Shown: positions 55,905 to 64,000 of the stretch, piece by piece | Position numbering within the stretch: position 1 is the first letter of the stretch | Layout: each line of letters opens with the position of its first letter | Assembly: GCA_937899865.1 (NCBI GenBank) | Contig: CALBRH010000065.1 | Coordinates: 31,629 to 95,628 of the forward strand | Length of the DNA: 64,000 nucleotides | Direction of reading: 5' to 3' | DNA from: an uncultured euryarchaeote | GTDB lineage: Archaea; Thermoplasmatota; Poseidoniia; Poseidoniales; Poseidoniaceae | Made by a program: the position numbers and the translations under genes | Notes under the pieces: model-generated | What the model was told of the DNA's origin: nothing | What the model saw: only the letters and a program-made list of their open reading frames with translations | Databases searched by the model: none

Positions 55905-55946
55905 TTTCTCAATTGAAAATTTAAATTTACAATTGGAGTTTTATTT

Positions 55947-56801
55947 ATGGAGAAAATGGAATCTTTACCTAGCACAGAACTGGTATCAGTAACAATTGAT
56001 GGACCAATTTGTTATATGACTTTGAATCGAGCAGACAAATACAATGCAATGAATGTACAAATGATTACCGAATTATGCGAGTTGTTTGAATGGACTGCAT
56101 TGCGAAGTGTAGGAAACACTGGTGAATTAACCGATGAATCTGGCTCTCCATATCTACGTGTGATTGTTTTGAGTGGTTCCGGCAAGCATTTTTGCGCTGG
56201 AGCCGATATCAACATGATGCGTGATGCAGGAGCTAATACGCCAGAAGAAAATCGAAGAGATTCTGAGAGATTGGATAGACTCTTCAACGGCCTATGGTCT
56301 CATCCTTGCTTTACTATTGGCTCAATAACTGGAGTTGCACTTGGTGGTGGAGCTGGACTGATAGCCTGCCTTGATCATGTAATCGCTTCAGAAAATGTAA
56401 AAATAGCACTCTCTGAAGGCAAATTAGGTATTCTTCCAGCAGTTATTGGACCTTACGTTTACCGTCGTTTAGGCTCTGCTTGTTTCCGAAGATTGGCCAT
56501 GCAAGCCAGTAGAATCGATGCTGAGGAAGCATTGCGAACCGGTTTCATAGAACAAGTTGTAGAATCAAAGGAGGCTATGGATGAAGCAGTTGACAAACTT
56601 GTATCTGAAGTTATGACTACTGGGCCTTGTGCAGTTACCTTGGCAAAAGAGTTGACACTGGACTTTGATAGATGGGTTGGTACAGATGAGGAATTGCGTG
56701 AATACACATTGGACTTCACCAGCAGAATGCGTGGTTCAAAAGAAGGACAGGAAGGGCTTTCTTCATTTTTAGAAAAGCGTGATGCTAACTGGAAATCTTG
56801 A
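55947..56801 (+). CDS. Enoyl-CoA hydratase family (methylglutaconyl-CoA hydratase-like)
   Basis: LNRADKYNAM, FCAGADI, ALGGGAGL, LSEGKLGILP, EGQEGLSSFLEKR; inside the MCC cluster. Confidence 0.88.
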   Translation: MEKMESLPSTELVSVTIDGPICYMTLNRADKYNAMNVQMITELCELFEWTALRSVGNTGELTDESGSPYLRVIVLSGSGKHFCAGADINMMRDAGANTPEENRRDSERLDRLFNGLWSHPCFTIGSITGVALGGGAGLIACLDHVIASENVKIALSEGKLGILPAVIGPYVYRRLGSACFRRLAMQASRIDAEEALRTGFIEQVVESKEAMDEAVDKLVSEVMTTGPCAVTLAKELTLDFDRWVGTDEELREYTLDFTSRMRGSKEGQEGLSSFLEKRDANWKS

Positions 56802-56812
56802 ACGGTGATTTA

Positions 56813-58318
56813 ATGATAAACACAGTGCTAGTTGCCAATCGTGGTGAGATAGCCTGTAGGATTCTTAGAGCCTGTACAGAGGCTGGTTTAGAGTCAATTG
56901 CGATATATGCACATAATGATGCAGGCTCTATGTTTACTGAATTAGCGACAGTAGCCATTCCACTTGAAGGCGAAACAATAGCTGAAACATACCTCAACCA
57001 AGAGCAAATCCTTGCGATAGCAGCATCACATGGCGCTGATGCGATACACCCTGGTTTTGGATTCTTATCAGAACGTGCAGATTTTGCAAAAGCAGTAATC
57101 GATGCAGGAATCAATTGGATTGGGCCATCGCCTAAAGCGATCGAGATGATGGGCGACAAAATGACTGCAAGAATGACTATGAAAGCGGCGGGTGTACCGG
57201 TTATTCCAGGTGAAGAAATCGAATCTGAAGATGAGGCTGCCATGATTTCTGCTATAGTTGAAGCCAGTCACAGAGTTGGCTATCCATTACTACTCAAAGC
57301 ATCATCAGGCGGTGGTGGCAAGGGGATGAGAAAAGTAGAGGAGCCAACCAACCTTGAAGAGGCGATTAAAGGTGCTCGTAGGGAAGCTATAGCGGCGTTT
57401 GGTGATGGAAGAGTATACGTTGAAAGATTACTAACGGGTTCAAAGCATGTAGAGATACAGGTGTTAGCAGATAAACATGGTCGAACAATTCATCTTGGTG
57501 AGCGAGAATGTAGTGTTCAGCGTCGTCATCAGAAGGTGTTTGAAGAATCACCATGTCCGGTAATGACCTCAGATTTGCGTTCAAGAATGGGTCAAGCAGC
57601 TGTAATGGCAGCTAAAGCAGTTGACTATGTAGGGGCTGGAACCGTTGAATTCTTGTTAGACTCTAGTGGTGAATTTTTCTTCTTAGAAATGAATACTAGA
57701 ATCCAAGTTGAACATCCTGTAACCGAGATGGTTACCGGTGTTGATTTAGTGAGAGAGCAACTTAGAATTGCTGCAGGAGAGCCGATGAGTTGTGGAAATT
57801 TGATGATTCGTGGTCATTCGATTGAAGTTCGTTTATACGCCGAAGATGCGAGTAATAACTTCTTGCCAGCAATTGGTCCTTTAGCGATTTTTAGACCCCC
57901 TGTAGGACCAGGAATTAGGTTAGATACTGGGGTGAGAGAAGGCGATATGGTTACTCCAAATTATGATCCAATGTTAGCAAAACTGATTGTATGGGCTCCT
58001 TCTAGACCAGAAGCATTAGAGCGCATGCGAAGAGCATTAGATGAATTTGTAGTTCTTGGTACTACCACAAATATTCGATTTTTACGTGAATTGTGTGATA
58101 ACAGTGATGTTGTCTCAGGTAATACCGATACGATGCTAATTGATCGAGTTTGGCCAAATGGATGGAAGCCTAACTATTCACAGACATCCTTAGATGCTGC
58201 ATTGATGGTTGCTGCAGTAAGTGAAAGTGCAGGCCTGCATAGGGTACAGGTGCATGAGAGTGAATCAAATGATGGAATTGTAAGCCCGTTCCAAACCTTG
58301 AACCGGAGGTATCCATAA
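56813..58318 (+). CDS. Biotin carboxylase subunit
   Basis: VLVANRGEIA, IHPGFGFLSE, KASSGGGGKGM, ERECSVQRRHQK, EMNTRIQVEHP. ATG 56813 follows GGTGA. Confidence 0.95.
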   Translation: MINTVLVANRGEIACRILRACTEAGLESIAIYAHNDAGSMFTELATVAIPLEGETIAETYLNQEQILAIAASHGADAIHPGFGFLSERADFAKAVIDAGINWIGPSPKAIEMMGDKMTARMTMKAAGVPVIPGEEIESEDEAAMISAIVEASHRVGYPLLLKASSGGGGKGMRKVEEPTNLEEAIKGARREAIAAFGDGRVYVERLLTGSKHVEIQVLADKHGRTIHLGERECSVQRRHQKVFEESPCPVMTSDLRSRMGQAAVMAAKAVDYVGAGTVEFLLDSSGEFFFLEMNTRIQVEHPVTEMVTGVDLVREQLRIAAGEPMSCGNLMIRGHSIEVRLYAEDASNNFLPAIGPLAIFRPPVGPGIRLDTGVREGDMVTPNYDPMLAKLIVWAPSRPEALERMRRALDEFVVLGTTTNIRFLRELCDNSDVVSGNTDTMLIDRVWPNGWKPNYSQTSLDAALMVAAVSESAGLHRVQVHESESNDGIVSPFQTLNRRYP

Positions 58319-58779
58319 TGCAACATGAGTTCAAGTTCGCTGGTGAAATGATTGAGGTTACCATTGCTAGAGATAGTGAAAATTGGATGCTTGGAGAGAA
58401 CCGAGCACAGGTTTTAGCAGATGGTCGTATATTGGTAACAAGTTCTGATGGAACGTCAAAATTTGCTCATTCAGCCAAAGTTGGTGATGTTTGGTGGATT
58501 CATTTTGATGGACATATTTTCTGTATTGAGAAATCTGAAGCAGGTTCCAGTAATAATGACTCAGATGAAGGAATGACTGCCCCAATGCCAGGTAAGATAC
58601 TTGAGGTGAAGGTAGCAGATGGAGAATCTGTTGAATCAGGTCAATTGTTACTAATTATGGAAGCGATGAAGATGGAACATAGAATTGTTGCACCAAGCGA
58701 TGGGATGGTCTCTAAAGTTAATTTTTCAGCCGGTGATCAAGTACAACAAGGAGATGTCTTGGTCGAGATGGTGGATTAA
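58318..58779 (+). CDS. Biotin carboxyl carrier subunit
   Basis: APMPGKI, MEAMKME; ATG overlaps the upstream TAA. Confidence 0.95.
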   Translation: MQHEFKFAGEMIEVTIARDSENWMLGENRAQVLADGRILVTSSDGTSKFAHSAKVGDVWWIHFDGHIFCIEKSEAGSSNNDSDEGMTAPMPGKILEVKVADGESVESGQLLLIMEAMKMEHRIVAPSDGMVSKVNFSAGDQVQQGDVLVEMVD

Positions 58780-60540
58780 TCATATTCTTCGGCGCAGTTT
58801 TTCCATCAAGTCATCAGCCTTAGACAGATTTTCTAAGCATTCTTCTACATTACTCAATCCTAGTGCTTCACTTGCTTTTGCTACACAAGCCTCGCACTCG
58901 AGTCTCTCTTTATCATCCGGTTTTATCATCGCAGCTTCCAGTTGATTGCGTAAGATCTTCCATTCATCAGAGACAAAATCCAGTAGTTCCTTTGCTTCCT
59001 CGGTCTCTTTACCAGATTTATCAAGTTCAGCGGTCATTCTATCTAAGAGGGTGGCAGCATGAGTCCATTGCTTATCATCAGCGGCTTTGACTATTTCATC
59101 CAATTTTGCTTGCCATTCATCACTATCTTGACGATTTTCAAATTGCTTAACCAATTTTTTCTTCTGTCGCAAGGCTCTCCTAGTATCATCCATTGCTTCT
59201 CGTTCTGCCTTTATACTTCGAACTATACCATCGGCTAAGCCAATTGCTTGACTAGCATTTCCAGCATCTAATGCAGCACTAGCATTGTCCAATCTAGCAG
59301 TTAATTCACTTGTCTCAAGACCATCGCTTTGCCCTAATTGTCGCTCAGCCTCCTTGATAGCTTCGGCAGCACGTGTGAGGGCATCATCTCCTGCAGATAA
59401 TTGATCTGGGATAGTAAAAGCGTATTCAAAGGCTTTTTTTGGAGATTCGCTGGAGAGTTTCTTCTTGGCGTCGGCTAACATCTCTTGCAGATGGTTGATA
59501 TTTTCGCCGCTTTTTCCATCTAGTAGTCGACTCGCCTCAGTAATTGCTTGCTCGGCTTTTTGCCACCATTCGATGATTTCCATAGAGCGTTTTTTAGCCT
59601 GCCTAAACAACATTTCTCCTTCTCTTAATGAACCCAATTCAATCTCTCTTAATCCCATGTCAAAGGACTTCCTTGCTTTCTTTGTAGTTGGAGCAATCTC
59701 CTCGGCTTGCTCAACTGATTTTCTAGCATCTTCTTTGACGATTTGAACATCACCTGCTAAGGACAATGATCTATTGATGTCTTCCTCAGCATCATCTAAC
59801 AATTTCATACCCAACTCTGGGTCGACATGGCCTTCTTCTCTAGCGGTCATTACTAAACTTGAGGCTTGATCAACAGCAGCGTTTTCCGTTTTGAGAACAA
59901 GGATTCTAGTTTCTAATTTGTCTAGACGTTTTCTAAATTCTCGCCTAAGCTCTTTTTGTTCATCGCCAGAAACCCAAATGTAAACAGTCATGGATGCTGT
60001 TATGGCCAAAACAGCAATATTGGCAAGCCAAGTAATAGAAGACGGTTCTGGGATATCTCCGACAAATATTGAAAATGCAGCAACAAAACCTACTCCAGTC
60101 ATCAATGAACGAAATCTTTGTACATCCAATCCACCAGTTAGGACGGTTTTGGAATAGGTAAAGCAAGCACCTGCAGCAATTGCAACCAACATAGGTCCAA
60201 TAATTTCAATTTCAGAAAAACTCGTAATTTCCTTACTAGAAATCATCAATAGAACCGGCCAAGCGATGGTTGCTGATGCCCCAACTCTTGTTCTTGAACT
60301 TGGTTCAGTTAATCCAATATCTTGAACTAGTAGCCCCCATATCAATACTAAAATTGGCATTCCAAGGCCATTAAGCAAACCTCCTTCGCCTTTGGCAGCT
60401 GCGGATAAAATAGGCCAAACCAGCCAAATCGCTCCAAGCAACATTAGCATAGATGAAACAGCGACTAATCGTTCTAAGCGTGCATTACGTTGTTTTATTG
60501 CCGCCTGGATGGCGCCTTCGACATCTGACCACGCATCCAT
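58780..60540 (-). CDS. Membrane protein (about 6 N-terminal TM) with long helical-repeat/coiled-coil cytoplasmic region
   Basis: Hydrophobic first ~190 aa, then Ala/Glu/Lys-rich repeats of the type A..AI.EA..L...G....A. Confidence 0.65.
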   Translation of the reverse strand: MDAWSDVEGAIQAAIKQRNARLERLVAVSSMLMLLGAIWLVWPILSAAAKGEGGLLNGLGMPILVLIWGLLVQDIGLTEPSSRTRVGASATIAWPVLLMISSKEITSFSEIEIIGPMLVAIAAGACFTYSKTVLTGGLDVQRFRSLMTGVGFVAAFSIFVGDIPEPSSITWLANIAVLAITASMTVYIWVSGDEQKELRREFRKRLDKLETRILVLKTENAAVDQASSLVMTAREEGHVDPELGMKLLDDAEEDINRSLSLAGDVQIVKEDARKSVEQAEEIAPTTKKARKSFDMGLREIELGSLREGEMLFRQAKKRSMEIIEWWQKAEQAITEASRLLDGKSGENINHLQEMLADAKKKLSSESPKKAFEYAFTIPDQLSAGDDALTRAAEAIKEAERQLGQSDGLETSELTARLDNASAALDAGNASQAIGLADGIVRSIKAEREAMDDTRRALRQKKKLVKQFENRQDSDEWQAKLDEIVKAADDKQWTHAATLLDRMTAELDKSGKETEEAKELLDFVSDEWKILRNQLEAAMIKPDDKERLECEACVAKASEALGLSNVEECLENLSKADDLMEKLRRRI

Positions 60541-60663
60541 GAAAGGCCACTATAGGGCTCAAACATATAGTATCCCCTCTAATAATTCATTGATGAAGTA
60601 TTCTCTTGTATCAAAGACAATGTTCATGAGTTTGTTGTTACCGTTGAGGATGGAGGGACGACA

Positions 60664-61614
60664 GTGACTGGCCTAATTACCATGGATGATTTGACCAATG
60701 AAGAGATAATTGAGATTCTAGATGATGCAGAAAAATTGCTTCCTGTTGCAAAAGGAGAATTGTATTTACCATTGCTACAAGGTAGAATTTTGGGTAATTT
60801 ATTCTTTGAACCAAGTACTCGAACAAGAATGTCATTTGAGACCGCAATGAAGCGTTTAGGTGGAGATGTGGTAAACCTCGGCGATGTAAAAACCTCATCA
60901 GTTGTTAAAGGTGAGACTTTGTTTGATACTATTCAAATGGTTGATGGCTACACAGATATCATTGCAATGCGACATCCTCGTCAAGGTGCAGCTCAATATG
61001 CGCAAGATTCTGCAAGAGTACCAATTTTGAATGGTGGCGATGGAGCGGGACATCACCCGACTCAAACAATGCTTGACCTATTCACAATTAGACAGGCGCA
61101 TGGTAAATTAGACGGGCTAAAAGTCATATTAGCTGGTGATTTGCGGTACGGAAGAACCGTTCATTCACTATCACATGCATTGACAAGATTCAACTGTGAG
61201 TTGATTTTTGCTAGCCCTGAATTGTTGAAGATGCCATCAGAAATAGTCTCCGATTTACAATCTCATGGTGCATCAATAGTTGAAACTGAAGATCTTTATT
61301 CGATGATGAATGATGCGGATGTAGTATATATGACAAGAATCCAGAAAGAGAGATTCTCAGATGAAGATGAATATGCCAAGGTTGCAGGTGCATACAAATT
61401 GCATGCAAAGCATCTTGCAGATGTCAAATCAGGGATGATAATTATGCATCCGCTTCCAAGGGTGGATGAAATACATCCATCTGTTGATACTACTCGGCAC
61501 GCTCGATATTTTGAGCAGGCGTTTAATGGTGTAGTTGCTAGAATGGCGTTACTGTGTAAATTGCTTGGAGTAACTGTGCCTAAGGATGTTAAGAAAGCAG
61601 GAGGTGCTTTGTAA
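60664..61614 (+). CDS. pyrB: Aspartate carbamoyltransferase catalytic subunit (GTG start)
   Basis: FFEPSTRTRMSF, KGETL, HPTQTMLD, GDLRYGRTVHS, TRIQKER, MHPLPR. Confidence 0.98.
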   Translation: MTGLITMDDLTNEEIIEILDDAEKLLPVAKGELYLPLLQGRILGNLFFEPSTRTRMSFETAMKRLGGDVVNLGDVKTSSVVKGETLFDTIQMVDGYTDIIAMRHPRQGAAQYAQDSARVPILNGGDGAGHHPTQTMLDLFTIRQAHGKLDGLKVILAGDLRYGRTVHSLSHALTRFNCELIFASPELLKMPSEIVSDLQSHGASIVETEDLYSMMNDADVVYMTRIQKERFSDEDEYAKVAGAYKLHAKHLADVKSGMIIMHPLPRVDEIHPSVDTTRHARYFEQAFNGVVARMALLCKLLGVTVPKDVKKAGGAL

Positions 61615-62090
61615 TGTCAAATGAACACAGTATGAGGAGAGTAACAGCAATTCGTAATGGTACAGTGATTGACCACATTCCTCAAGGTCAAGCATTAACC
61701 GTATTGGATATGTTAGGTATCGATGAAAAAACCTCGGTTCCAGTTTCATTGGTAATGAATGTACCATCCAAGAAAATGGGTTCTAAGGACATCATCAAAG
61801 TAGAGGATAGAGAATTAACCCAAGCCGAATTAGATCGATTAGCATTGGTTGCACCTGATGCACATGTTGCAATTATTAGGGCTTATACAGTGGCTGAGAA
61901 GATGATAATTAATCTCGGTGATGAGGTGGTTAATGTGGTAAGATGTACCATGTCAAACTGTATTACATCTAATCTAAGAGAGCCGCTACCTCATCGTCTC
62001 AAGGTAGTTTCTAGAGATCCTCTTGAACTGCGCTGTCACTATTGTGGCCGTATTCAAGACCTTGATGAATTGGTTAAGAATGTACTTTGA
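61614..62090 (+). CDS. pyrI: Aspartate carbamoyltransferase regulatory subunit
   Basis: VTAIRNGTVIDHIP, KDIIKVE, Zn ligands CTMSNC and CHYC. Confidence 0.97.
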   Translation: MSNEHSMRRVTAIRNGTVIDHIPQGQALTVLDMLGIDEKTSVPVSLVMNVPSKKMGSKDIIKVEDRELTQAELDRLALVAPDAHVAIIRAYTVAEKMIINLGDEVVNVVRCTMSNCITSNLREPLPHRLKVVSRDPLELRCHYCGRIQDLDELVKNVL

Positions 62091-62150
62091 TTATTTGCAA
62101 TTTATTGCAATGCAGCAAAATAGCCATATTGACATTTATTCTGGGGTAAA

Positions 62151-62167
62151 CCTTAGATTATCTAAGG
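62151..62167. promoter_or_regulatory. 17-bp perfect palindrome, candidate operator
   Basis: CCTTAGAT-T-ATCTAAGG, ending 14 bp upstream of ATG 62182. Confidence 0.45.
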
Positions 62168-62181
62168 CATGACAACCGGTT

Positions 62182-63243
62182 ATGGAAGAGTTTTCTAAAA
62201 TAGGAATAGATTCTAAACGAACCACTGCTGCAAGTGTTGCTATAGTAGGCTTAGTAGTTTATTTGGCCCTTATCCATCTAAAATCAATTCTAATGCCATT
62301 GGCTATTGCAGTATTGCTATATTTCATGATAAAACCACCAGAGCAATATATCTACAAAAAAGTCGGCAACAGGTTTTTTTCCTATGGTACTGTAATTCTA
62401 ACTTTCATTGTGACGATATATTTCATTTCGATATTCTTGTACGACAACCTTTCACAATTTATTGATGAAGTACCAGAGATTACAGCCGCTTTTGAAGAAA
62501 AGCGAGCAAAATATGCAGATTCAAACTTATATGGCTTAGAGGCTATATTTTCTGATGCAGATTTAGTCGCTGAAATAGCTTCTCCGAGTAATATCGAAAC
62601 ATTTGTAATCGCTATTTTGGGGTCACTTGGCGGCTTTCTTGGCACTATGATTACCGTACTGATTTTCCTGTTATTCATTGTCTTAGAAGAACACACTATT
62701 GCTCAAAGATTTGGTGCCGCTTTCCCAAATTCGTATGATAGAGCCAAGAAAATAGTTAGCGAATCAACAGAATCAATCACCGCCTATGTTGTCTCTAAGG
62801 TCACCTGTAGTGCAGGTCAAGCTCTTGTGATGACCATCATTATTTCACCAATTGGATTTGATTTACCTGGATGGTTTTTGTTTGGAATCTTGTGTTTCTT
62901 ACTAGATTTTATCCCAATTCTAGGTGCATTATTTGCAACAATTCCACCAGTTATTATTGGCTTCATTATGCTTGAACCACTGACTGCAGTGTTGATGCTT
63001 GCTATGCTAATTGGTAATCAGCAAGTGTTTGGTTCATTCGTAGAACCAAATCTTTCAGGTGCAAAGATTGGAATATCGCCATTTGTATTACTGCTAACAG
63101 TCATGTTGTTTTCTCAAGTTTGGGGTATTGCTGGCGCCATTATAGGTGCACCAATTATTATCATTGCAAGACTAATTCTTGATGAGAATGAAAGAACTAG
63201 ACCGGTTGCCATGATGTTGGCTAATGATGTTGAAGAAGAATAA
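62182..63243 (+). CDS. AI-2E (PerM) family transporter
   Basis: LMPLAIAVLLYF, LDFIPILG, QQVFGSFVEPNLSG...ISP, WGIAGAIIGAP. Confidence 0.9.
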   Translation: MEEFSKIGIDSKRTTAASVAIVGLVVYLALIHLKSILMPLAIAVLLYFMIKPPEQYIYKKVGNRFFSYGTVILTFIVTIYFISIFLYDNLSQFIDEVPEITAAFEEKRAKYADSNLYGLEAIFSDADLVAEIASPSNIETFVIAILGSLGGFLGTMITVLIFLLFIVLEEHTIAQRFGAAFPNSYDRAKKIVSESTESITAYVVSKVTCSAGQALVMTIIISPIGFDLPGWFLFGILCFLLDFIPILGALFATIPPVIIGFIMLEPLTAVLMLAMLIGNQQVFGSFVEPNLSGAKIGISPFVLLLTVMLFSQVWGIAGAIIGAPIIIIARLILDENERTRPVAMMLANDVEEE

Positions 63244-63290
63244 TAAAATAGCGCAACGATTAGTATTAATATCATAAATAGAGTGATTAT

Positions 63291-63548
63291 ATGACAGATA
63301 CAGAATTCAAAGGCAGAGATGTTGACTTGAAGTATGTGTTTGGGACGCTAATTCTATGGGCTGGAGTTGGATTAATCGGTTTGATTTTTGTTTCATTGTT
63401 TAATGGTTCAACAGTATATTTTCTAGGTTATATTTTCCCAGTAGTAATGATTCCTTTAGGAATTTACTTGATGAAGACCTCTCGTTCCGCAACCGCTGTT
63501 GGAGAATCATATACTGCAGGTATGGTTTACAGATCATTTAGACCATAA
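63291..63548 (+). CDS. Small two-TM hypothetical protein
   Basis: 85 aa with two hydrophobic segments; AT-rich leader. Confidence 0.55.
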   Translation: MTDTEFKGRDVDLKYVFGTLILWAGVGLIGLIFVSLFNGSTVYFLGYIFPVVMIPLGIYLMKTSRSATAVGESYTAGMVYRSFRP

Positions 63549-63580
63549 TCAATCCAAAGGGTACCCTTGTACTCATACCA

Positions 63581-64000
63581 TCATAGCTGCATTATCTCTT
63601 CGACATCATTGCGAAGTTTTTCCCATTCTGAAATGATATTATCCGAAGCAATAATTTGCCTTTTCCCATTATTCCATTCCTCTACTATGGTATTTCGAAA
63701 ATCAATTCCTAAATTAGCAATAAGATTCTGCTCGTAAGTAATGATCCAATCGATAAGTTCACCGAACATTATTGAGCAATATTGTTTTTCTATGTCTTTT
63801 GGTGGGGCGAATTCTGGTAAATAATCAGTACTCCAAGGTAAAGTATTCAATTTTGAAGACGGTGCATATTTTGGTAAAAATTCATACCTTGGGACAAATA
63901 TGCTGCCATAACGTTCATCTGTCAATATTATTCCAAAACCACGCAGCATTATGTGTTGTTCTTTAGATATTTTTAGCGAATAGATATTTTTCACTCTTTC
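63581..64000 (-). CDS. Hypothetical protein, probably 5'-truncated by the window edge
   Basis: Frame is open to base 64000 (GAA AGA GTG...), so the GTG at 63994 need not be the start. Confidence 0.55.
   Translation of the reverse strand, partial: ERVKNIYSLKISKEQHIMLRGFGIILTDERYGSIFVPRYEFLPKYAPSSKLNTLPWSTDYLPEFAPPKDIEKQYCSIMFGELIDWIITYEQNLIANLGIDFRNTIVEEWNNGKRQIIASDNIISEWEKLRNDVEEIMQL

Noticed and set aside
62095-62110. TTGCAA-TTTA-TTGCAA after pyrI as a terminator or operator
   Set aside because: Short, AT-rich and weak; no U-tract follows.
1-64000. CRISPR array, rRNA, IS element, integrase or provirus
   Set aside because: I found no repeat-spacer array, rRNA-like tract, transposase or recombinase motif, or viral structural gene.

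Overview
A gene-dense archaeal chromosome segment, most likely from Marine Group II (Ca. Poseidoniales, Thermoplasmatota). This is inferred from archaeal informational genes (aEF-1A, aIF5B, L7Ae, S28e, L24e, GINS, PolB, deoxyhypusine synthase) mixed with bacterial-type metabolic and repair genes (ilvE, uvrB, methylcrotonyl-CoA carboxylase cluster, ccmF) and large acidic surface proteins. It holds about 45 CDSs and two CCA-encoding tRNAs (Leu-CAA, Ile-GAU). I found no rRNA, CRISPR array, integrase or transposase. The most notable items: (1) a type IV pilin/archaellin-type N-terminus fused to a ~900-aa modular passenger (ZU5-like, unnamed domain, TSP3, Kazal, Cys-rich, FG-GAP propeller) ending in a cupredoxin with a full type-1 Cu ligand set; (2) a co-oriented MoxR-ParA-RHH-truncated PIN run that could be a SegAB/ParAG-like partition module; (3) a Cys4 insertion in aIF5B; (4) a TATA+AGGGG promoter element recurring upstream of several genes, with a 22/24-identical copy shared by tRNA-Ile and the FKBP gene; (5) an anti-Shine-Dalgarno hairpin before a 2118-aa surface protein; (6) a K-turn-like element over the rpl7ae start; (7) one 357-bp AT-rich intergenic region with clustered palindromes (candidate origin or centromere-like site). 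All calls come from reading motifs by eye; no database searches were run.
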